Shown here: in pieces, positions 55,627 to 64,000 of the stretch | Layout: each line of letters starts with the position of its first letter | Position numbering within the stretch: the first letter of the stretch is position 1 | Source: an uncultured Halobacteriales archaeon | GTDB lineage: Archaea; Halobacteriota; Halobacteria; Halobacteriales; Hikarchaeaceae | Assembly: GCA_964597855.1 (NCBI GenBank) | Contig: CAZQZO010000004.1 | Span: forward strand, 24,219 to 88,218 | Length of the DNA: 64,000 nucleotides | Direction: 5' to 3' | The notes under the pieces: model-generated | Told to the model about the DNA's origin: nothing | The model's database searches: none | The model's input: the letters and a program-made list of their open reading frames with translations, nothing else | Position numbers and translations under genes: made by a program

Positions 55627-58004
55627 ATATCTAGCACCATTTTCTCTTTTTCAATCCCTTTAATATCTATATCGAATTTTGCACCTTCTTCTACACTGTA
55701 CGACAACTTCTTGGATTCACTTTTCTTGATTTTAGGAGACCATTTTATAAACCATTCTTCTCCTATATCTACCACCGATCCTTCTGAAATCTCAGTTGGT
55801 ATTCTAGATGTAATTTCTGTTATCTCCAATTCCAAATTCCCACCAGTATAGTTGTTAATCGTTAATTCCATTTTGTCATCTTTCCGAACCCGGGAAATAG
55901 TCACATTCCCTATTATTTTGGCAAGAACTAGGTCGACTGGTGGCATTTCTCTTTGTGTTATTCTCGCCACCCTTTCTGCAATCTTAGGAAGAATTTGTGA
56001 AAGCGCATCTTGTTTCAGTTTTTGTTTCTGGAATGCATCTCTTTTCTGTAAATATCTCTTGAGCTTTCTAGATACATCTCTTATTGCCTTTTCAATTTCA
56101 ACTTCCATCACTGGAATTCTTGCTATTGCATCTTTTGATTCACTTGTAAATGGAACATTTGTCGAAGCGATATGAACCACTAGGCTCATAGGCCCTCTTG
56201 GCATCCCCTTGCCCTTCGATTGATCCAACCCATAATTTCTCCAATCAATATTTCTTACTACCTCTGTAATTGCACATCCACCCTGCTGGTACACTAATGG
56301 CACCCTATTTGCAAATCGAACTAGCTCAATTGAACTTTCTTTTTCCAAATTCCCCCCATAAGCCAAACCCGCTTCAATCACGATTGGATCTCCTCCATAT
56401 GCTATCGCTTCTCGACTATTTGATGAAAAGAATTCTGCATCCACTTCTTTACGCATTCCCGATTCTATGTTCTCTATTCCAATAGGGGAAAGACAATTAG
56501 TTGGAGGTGCTCTCACATCTGTCACTTGCATTGCAGTAACCAAGTTCGACATAGCATTTTTGTTCTTCTTAAGTACAGAAATTTTTGGAATTGGATCCTC
56601 AATTATTTTCAATTCGCCCCAGATCCCGTTAACTATTTTCTCTCTCGAAACCTCTCCAATAGATCCACTAACTCGTCCATCATTCCCATTATTTATTTCT
56701 AAAACACACTGATCTAGTTCATTTTTCGTTATCCTACCTCTGGATTTTTTTCTCTGTAAAATACGTATGATTTTACTTGAAACTCTTCGCACTAGTTCTT
56801 CTTCTTTCCGAGAATCTGTCACTTTATTTACCAATCCCATGAGATACAAAATTTGAGTCTCTTTAAATCTACTCCAAATAATATTTCTAACTACCTTTTG
56901 AGATTCACCATCCAATCTATCTTTTGGAGAATCCTCAACTGAATTCAGACTTTCTGTTATTACTTCTTCAAATTCTATATATGTAATTTGATCCTTTTCT
57001 TCCAATCTATCCTTTATTCGATTGATGGATTTTGTTGGTATTTCCCCATTGGACAATCCTTTCGAAGATAATCCCAATTCAAGTTCACCTTTTATTCCTT
57101 TCAATTCTGGAATTTCCCATTTCATTTCTCTACCGTAGTGCATATCTCTAAATTTGCCTATTATCTCCTTGGCAGTTTTCTGCCCAACGCTAGAAAATTT
57201 TTCCTGTAAAAACTTCAACATGGCTTCTGTCTCTGAATCCCCGCACATTTTGATTAAATACCCCACTTCAATACCATGGGGATGCGGACGAATTGGTTCA
57301 GTCACCGCTGGTTTTTCTTCTGTACTCCTTTCAAATTTAAAATGCTCTCTTGGCTCAACTAACTCCACGCGAGCATGGGGATTTGCTATTGCAGTATATC
57401 TAATGTATTCATGCAATTGAACTCTAGATCTCATATCCGCCTCTAGTGTAAACGCGATTCTCGTTCCATGGGGGCGATCCCATTCTTTCGTCTTATGAGT
57501 ACGTATCTCTGGTTCATTTTTCTCAGTATTTATGAACAATTCAAAATACTGGGCCTCGCTCTTACTAGATGTTTTACTAGTCACTTTGACTGGCTCTCCC
57601 GAAGTTAATTGGGAATAAAGTACCACCGATGAAATGCCTATGCCTTGCTGACCTCTAGACTGTTCTCTTCTATGGAATCTAGACCCATAGAGTAACTTGG
57701 CAAACACCTTTGGAATTTGTTTTTCTGTAATCCCCGGTCCGTTATCTTCAACGATGATCGTATAGTACTTTCCAGATTCTTGAATCTCAACATATATGTC
57801 TGGTAAATATCCTGCTTCTTCCGTAGCATCTAGTGCATTGTCAACTGCTTCTTTAATCGCAGTTACCAATGCCCGGGATTTTGAATCAAATCCCAGCATA
57901 TGTTTATTCTTCTCAAAAAATTCAGCTATTGAAATCTGCCGCTGGCTCGCTGCCAATTTCTCTGCTATATCATTTTCCCCTAGTTTCAACTGGGACGAAT
58001 CCAT
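55623..58004 (-). CDS. top6B: DNA topoisomerase VI subunit B (long form, 793 aa)
   Basis: Bergerat ATPase motifs: [28 protein letters not shown] overlap with top6A. Confidence 0.9.
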   Translation of the reverse strand: MDSSQLKLGENDIAEKLAASQRQISIAEFFEKNKHMLGFDSKSRALVTAIKEAVDNALDATEEAGYLPDIYVEIQESGKYYTIIVEDNGPGITEKQIPKVFAKLLYGSRFHRREQSRGQQGIGISSVVLYSQLTSGEPVKVTSKTSSKSEAQYFELFINTEKNEPEIRTHKTKEWDRPHGTRIAFTLEADMRSRVQLHEYIRYTAIANPHARVELVEPREHFKFERSTEEKPAVTEPIRPHPHGIEVGYLIKMCGDSETEAMLKFLQEKFSSVGQKTAKEIIGKFRDMHYGREMKWEIPELKGIKGELELGLSSKGLSNGEIPTKSINRIKDRLEEKDQITYIEFEEVITESLNSVEDSPKDRLDGESQKVVRNIIWSRFKETQILYLMGLVNKVTDSRKEEELVRRVSSKIIRILQRKKSRGRITKNELDQCVLEINNGNDGRVSGSIGEVSREKIVNGIWGELKIIEDPIPKISVLKKNKNAMSNLVTAMQVTDVRAPPTNCLSPIGIENIESGMRKEVDAEFFSSNSREAIAYGGDPIVIEAGLAYGGNLEKESSIELVRFANRVPLVYQQGGCAITEVVRNIDWRNYGLDQSKGKGMPRGPMSLVVHIASTNVPFTSESKDAIARIPVMEVEIEKAIRDVSRKLKRYLQKRDAFQKQKLKQDALSQILPKIAERVARITQREMPPVDLVLAKIIGNVTISRVRKDDKMELTINNYTGGNLELEITEITSRIPTEISEGSVVDIGEEWFIKWSPKIKKSESKKLSYSVEEGAKFDIDIKGIEKEKMVLDI

Positions 58005-58016
58005 TTCTCAATCCGC

Positions 58017-58029
58017 AATATATTTGGGA
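58017..58029 (-). promoter_or_regulatory. Copy 1 of shared ATCCC(A/T)AATATAT motif, upstream of top6B
   Basis: Reads ATCCCAAATATAT on the minus strand and ends 13 nt before the top6B ATG. Matches 12 of 13 positions with the copy upstream of gyrB, in the same orientation relative to each gene. Confidence 0.25.
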
Positions 58030-58141
58030 TGGGTTAAAACAGTTCGATTGACGTTTCTCACACTTATGTGTTAAAATTAGGCCACTTAGTCTCTCATTTG
58101 TAAGCAATTTAATACCATATCTCACTTTACAATCCCTAATA

Positions 58142-58154
58142 TATCCAAATCGAA
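58142..58154 (+). promoter_or_regulatory. Copy 2 of shared ATCCC(A/T)AATATAT motif, upstream of gyrB
   Basis: Reads ATCCCTAATATAT on the plus strand and ends 52 nt before the gyrB ATG. Confidence 0.25.
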
Positions 58155-58172
58155 CGCCATCCACGCCTTTAA

Positions 58173-60113
<1,941 letters not shown>

Positions 60114-60151
60114 TACCAACTTGACAATACTACTTTATCTCTAATTACACC

Positions 60152-62797
60152 ATGAGTTCTGAAAACCAACCTTCCGATCCCGCAAATGAAGATAGGATTC
60201 TCCGTGTCCGGATTGAAGAAGAAATGGAACAATCTTATATTGATTATGCCATGAGTGTTATCGCAGGAAGGGCACTTCCCGATGTTCGGGATGGACTCAA
60301 ACCTGTCCATAGGCGAATTCTATATGCTATGCATCAAATAGGGGTAACAAGCGGTTCTAGTCCTCGAAAAGCATCTTCCATCGTTGGCCAAACCATGGGG
60401 GATTTCCATCCCCATGGCGATTCTGCAATTTACGACGCTCTCGTCCGCATGGCACAGCCATTTTCCATGCGTTATCCACTTATAGAAGGGCAAGGAAACT
60501 TCGGATCTGTTGATGGTGACCGCGCTGCAGCGATGCGGTATACTGAAGCCAGAATGGCAAAAATAGCCGAAGAATATCTTTCAGATATTGACCGCGATAC
60601 TGTTGATTTTCAACCAAACTACGACGATCGCCTATCCGAGCCCACTGTGCTACCCACCCAAATTCCCGGATTATTATTAAATGGATCTTCTGGAATTGCT
60701 GTGGGGATGAGTACTAACATCCCTCCGCATAACCTCGGAGAATTAATTGATGCAACCATTCACATAATTAACCAACCCGATTGCGATGTCACCGATCTTA
60801 TAGATTTACCCGATAATCCTGGACCTGTTGTTGGACCCGATTTTCCAACTGGAGGTGCAATAGTTGGTAGAGAAGGGATCCATGATGCCTATACTACTGG
60901 CCGTGGACGCATTAGAATCCGAGCTAGTTATGAAGTCGAGCCATCTGACAGTGGCGATAAAATAGTTATAACCGAGATTCCCTATCAAGTAAACAAATCT
61001 AGAATGGTAACTCACATAGCCAATCTAGCCAACGATGGTGTCATTGAAGGTATTACTGATCTGCGTGATGAATCCAATAGAGATGGCATACGAGTCGTAG
61101 TTGAATTATCTAGGTCGGCAAATACCGATGTCGTCCAAAACCAACTTCTTGGCAGGGTTTTTGAAACATCATTTGGAGTGATCAATCTAGCTTTGGTCGA
61201 TGGCCAACCCCAAATCTTGAATCTGAAAGAATCTCTATGCCATTTCATTGACCACAGAAAGGAAGTCGTCACTAGACGATCCGAATTTGATCTCTATGAA
61301 TCCGAGGAGCGGGCACATATCCTCGAAGGCAGATTAATCGCACTCGAAAGGATCGATGACGTCGTTAATGCAATCCGCGGAGCCTCGAACCGAACCGACG
61401 CAAAACAAGCATTACGTGACCTTTTTGGATTATCCGAAGTTCAATCAGAACATATAGTCCGAATGCAACTTGGTAGCCTCACTCAGATGGAATCTGTTGA
61501 AATCCAGTCAGAACATGCCAATTTACTCGACCAAATTAAACGGCTAGAAACTATTCTTTCAGATGAATCTGAACTCTTAAATGTAATCAAAGAAGAACTC
61601 CTTAAAATCCGTGAAAAATATTCTAGCGGGAGGCGAACTGAAATAGTACCAGACACTGGAAAGGTCAGTAGGGATGACCTCATACCCCAAGAAAATGTGG
61701 TTATAGTGGTCACCGAATCCGACTACATTAAAAGAATGCCCATCTCCACTTTCAAAGCCCAACACCGTGGCGGGAAAGGCATCATTGGAACTGCACTTAG
61801 GGATAAAGACCAAGTCGCAACTGTATTCTTTGCCAATACCCACGATTATCTCCTTTGTTTCACCAATTTAGGGCGTGTATATCGATTAAAAGTATACGAT
61901 GTACCTATTAAAAGTAGAACGGCTCGGGGTGTATCCGCGGTAAATGTTTTGAAGCTAGGCGACGGCGAAGAAATAGCTGCAGTTGTAGCCACCACTGACT
62001 TTGAGCCGGGCGAATATTTTACAATGATAACCCGGGATGGATACATAAAAAGAACCTCTGTTGAATCTTTCCAAAACATCCGTACTGTTGGTATCGTGGC
62101 AACCAAATTAGAGGACGGAGACGAATTAGTAGATGTGGTTCTTACAAATGGTACTCAGGAACTAGTCATCTCCACTAATAATGGAAAAAGCATTAGATTT
62201 GCCGACACGCAGGTTAGGTCCATGGGACGTTCTGCCCGCGGAGTGCGTGCAATCCGACTAAATAGCGGAGATTCTGTCGCAGGTGTGGCAGCTGTTGGAG
62301 CATCTTCAAGTTGGATTTTAACCCTAACTGAACATGGGTACGGGAAGCGATCCCTACTTGATGCATATCGCATCCAAGCGAGAAATGGAAAAGGTGTAAT
62401 CGATATCAAAACTGTCAAAAGAAATGGAGGTGTCTGTGCAATAAAAACTGTTAGAGAGGGGGATCATCTGATTGCTATCACCGAAAAAGGACAAATAATG
62501 AGGACCATTGTCGATGGAATTTCTCTAATTGGAAGAAATACTATGGGGGTTACAATTATGGATGTGGATAAAGGCGACCGACTAGCTAGTGTGGATATAA
62601 TACCTAGTTCCAGTGTAGGCGACTTCGAAATGGAACCTTCTCCTGACGAAGATGTAGAATCTCCTGTGGATGAATCTGAATCAGAACCTTCTCCTGACGA
62701 AGATGTAGAATCTCCTGTGGATGAATCTGAATCAGAACCTTCTCCTGACGAAGATGTAGAATCTCCTGTGGATGGACCCACCGAATCTATTGACTAA
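60152..62797 (+). CDS. gyrA: DNA gyrase subunit A with repeated acidic C-terminal tail
   Basis: DGLKPVHRR, the [10 protein letters not shown] catalytic Tyr, and beta-pinwheel CTD repeats. The C-terminus carries 2.8 copies of [17 protein letters not shown]. Confidence 0.95.
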   Translation: MSSENQPSDPANEDRILRVRIEEEMEQSYIDYAMSVIAGRALPDVRDGLKPVHRRILYAMHQIGVTSGSSPRKASSIVGQTMGDFHPHGDSAIYDALVRMAQPFSMRYPLIEGQGNFGSVDGDRAAAMRYTEARMAKIAEEYLSDIDRDTVDFQPNYDDRLSEPTVLPTQIPGLLLNGSSGIAVGMSTNIPPHNLGELIDATIHIINQPDCDVTDLIDLPDNPGPVVGPDFPTGGAIVGREGIHDAYTTGRGRIRIRASYEVEPSDSGDKIVITEIPYQVNKSRMVTHIANLANDGVIEGITDLRDESNRDGIRVVVELSRSANTDVVQNQLLGRVFETSFGVINLALVDGQPQILNLKESLCHFIDHRKEVVTRRSEFDLYESEERAHILEGRLIALERIDDVVNAIRGASNRTDAKQALRDLFGLSEVQSEHIVRMQLGSLTQMESVEIQSEHANLLDQIKRLETILSDESELLNVIKEELLKIREKYSSGRRTEIVPDTGKVSRDDLIPQENVVIVVTESDYIKRMPISTFKAQHRGGKGIIGTALRDKDQVATVFFANTHDYLLCFTNLGRVYRLKVYDVPIKSRTARGVSAVNVLKLGDGEEIAAVVATTDFEPGEYFTMITRDGYIKRTSVESFQNIRTVGIVATKLEDGDELVDVVLTNGTQELVISTNNGKSIRFADTQVRSMGRSARGVRAIRLNSGDSVAGVAAVGASSSWILTLTEHGYGKRSLLDAYRIQARNGKGVIDIKTVKRNGGVCAIKTVREGDHLIAITEKGQIMRTIVDGISLIGRNTMGVTIMDVDKGDRLASVDIIPSSSVGDFEMEPSPDEDVESPVDESESEPSPDEDVESPVDESESEPSPDEDVESPVDGPTESID
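62633..62774 (+). repeat. Perfect 51-nt tandem repeat, 2.8 copies, inside the gyrA 3' end
   Basis: The unit gaaccttctcctgacgaagatgtagaatctcctgtggatgaatctgaatca starts at 62633, 62684 and 62735. The copies are identical until position 62774. Confidence 0.95.
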
Positions 62798-62806
62798 TAC
62801 CCCCTC

Positions 62807-63724
62807 CTATTTATATTCAGAACAAACCTTTCTAATACCTTCTTCCAATCCTATCTTGGGAATCCATCCTGTAGCTTCAGATATTTTTGTCGAATCTGCA
62901 CAAGTATCATGCACGTAAATTGATTCTGGTATTGGATTTTTTATATACTTTGCTTCTATACTTGTTCCCAATTCCTCGTTGATCATATCGACAATTTCAT
63001 TAAAACTAACTGGCCGTCCGGTTCCTACATTATACGCACCCGATATTTTTCTTTCTGCGACCATCTGCGTGGCCATGGCAATGTCATCAATATGTGTGAA
63101 ATCCCGCGTTTGAGTTCCATTTCCATAAATCTCCGGTTGAATTCCATTAGCTATTTTCTCTGCAAATTGAGCAATGATATTTGCATATTTTCCTTTATGC
63201 GATTCGTTACCACCATATCCTTGGTAAACAGAAAAAAAACGCAATCCTGCTATGTGAATCCCATACTCATTATGGAAATATTCTGCATACCTCTCTCGGG
63301 CCAATTTAGAAGCTTCATAACCTGTATGTGCTTCTACCACCATCGACTCCGATGTAGGTTTTTTTCTACTTCCATATATAGAAGAAGTAGATGCATAAAC
63401 TACCCTCTCACATCCACTTTCCACTCCTTGTTTTACCGTATTGATGAACCCCTCTACATTCACTCTTGCCCCTTTAATTGGATCTTCTTTGTGCATCTGG
63501 TACGATGATAATGCCGCGAGATGGAAAATAACATCAACATCAGTTGGTAAATTTTCATCTAAAACATCAACTCGTCTAAAATCCACCGATTTATTCAAAT
63601 TATCGGGAGTTCCCAGATATTCATTATCAATCGCAATCACTTCATTTTGAACCGATAACCTATTTGCCAAATTTGATCCAATAAACCCCGCCCCACCCGT
63701 GACAAGAATGGTCAAGTCTTTCAT
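62807..63724 (-). CDS. NAD-dependent epimerase/dehydratase (UDP-sugar 4-epimerase / UDP-glucuronate decarboxylase-like)
   Basis: From ATG 63724 it begins MKDLTILVTGGAGFIGSNL. Also has SSIYG and YEASK (YxxxK). The track's upstream extension to 63814 would collide with the divergent gene. Confidence 0.85.
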   Translation of the reverse strand: MKDLTILVTGGAGFIGSNLANRLSVQNEVIAIDNEYLGTPDNLNKSVDFRRVDVLDENLPTDVDVIFHLAALSSYQMHKEDPIKGARVNVEGFINTVKQGVESGCERVVYASTSSIYGSRKKPTSESMVVEAHTGYEASKLARERYAEYFHNEYGIHIAGLRFFSVYQGYGGNESHKGKYANIIAQFAEKIANGIQPEIYGNGTQTRDFTHIDDIAMATQMVAERKISGAYNVGTGRPVSFNEIVDMINEELGTSIEAKYIKNPIPESIYVHDTCADSTKISEATGWIPKIGLEEGIRKVCSEYK

Positions 63725-63803
63725 ACCTACTCCATTATCAATCTCCTTAAACATTAACCTAGCTAATCTCAGTTGGCATTCAGCAAGACCCCTCTGCGTG
63801 ATT

Positions 63804-64000
63804 ATGAAAAACAAATATCCTCAAGTTAGCGTGAATTATCCTGCTAGTACCACATTCGACGAATTCCGCACGACAGTGAATGAAATTGAGAACTTACATT
63901 ATGACGGTTTAACCGTAGCCGATCAATCTTTACGTAGAAATACATATGCATGGTCTGCATTCGCTGCACATAATACCAATCGTATATGGGTTGGTCCTGC
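63804..64000 (+). CDS. Probable luciferase-like (LLM) oxidoreductase, N-terminal fragment; runs off the window end
   Basis: Manual translation gives MKNKYPQVSVNYPASTTFDEFRTTVNEIENLHYDGLTVADQSLRRNTYAWSAFAAHNTNRIWVGP. This resembles an LLM N-terminus (GfD.lwv.D....R....l.a.A..T.ri.lG). Confidence 0.45.
   Translation, partial: MKNKYPQVSVNYPASTTFDEFRTTVNEIENLHYDGLTVADQSLRRNTYAWSAFAAHNTNRIWVGP

Noticed and set aside
62464-62781. 105-aa minus-strand ORF with a striking [17 protein letters not shown] repeat
   Set aside because: It is the antisense reading of the 51-nt tandem repeat in the gyrA tail. GyrA coding on the plus strand is unambiguous and continuous through this region.
63725-63814. N-terminal 30-aa extension of the epimerase ORF (MFFIITQRGLAECQ...)
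   Set aside because: The canonical Rossmann N-terminus begins at the ATG at 63724 (MKDLTILVTGGAGFIG). The extension would overlap the divergent plus-strand ORF starting at 63804 and leave no promoter space.

Overview
This is an archaeal chromosomal segment, roughly 40% GC by eye, with fairly acidic proteins. The archaeal hallmarks are Topo VI A/B, AglB/STT3, proteasome beta, ATP-dependent DNA ligase, class IA aldolase and many ATGA-type gene overlaps. Gyrase, a long Top6B and the top6/gyr synteny fit a halobacteria-related or planktonic euryarchaeal lineage, but I cannot assign taxonomy from sequence alone.

Gene content in order:
- partial acs
- an aa3-type heme-copper oxidase locus: coxB, coxA, coxC, a subunit IV-like gene, ctaB, accessory membrane proteins, and a DUF420/CtaM-like gene nearby
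- nitroreductase and an ABC-2 exporter
- fba-fbp
- a catabolic block: M24 hydrolase, an Asp/Glu-racemase-superfamily enzyme, a PhtD-like decarboxylase, a three-subunit molybdenum hydroxylase and an MFS transporter
- tRNA-Val
- an ABC exporter and pterin-related genes
- an operon of two luciferase-like oxidoreductases, an amidohydrolase and a Rieske protein
- a roughly 17 kb surface-glycan / N-glycosylation island (31.7-48.5 kb): flippase, four GT4/GT2 glycosyltransferases, an FkbM methyltransferase, AglB and a DUF368 protein
- housekeeping genes: HAD phosphatase, cutA, TraB, psmB, an HTH-CBS regulator and DNA ligase
- a topoisomerase supercluster, top6A-top6B divergent from gyrB-gyrA

I saw no rRNA, CRISPR array, transposase or integrase.

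The best candidate for an undescribed system is a duplicated pair of PF14907-like nucleotidyltransferases and HPr-kinase-like P-loop proteins inside the glycosylation operon. Other notable points are AglB translationally coupled to a DUF368 polyprenyl-phosphate translocase homologue, a perfect 51-nt tandem repeat forming an acidic GyrA tail, a CtaB with an extra 4-TM N-terminal domain, an unlisted 38-aa zinc-ribbon ORF, and a single-Cys (AMDase-like) racemase-superfamily enzyme.

All family assignments are by-eye motif recognition. No searches were run.
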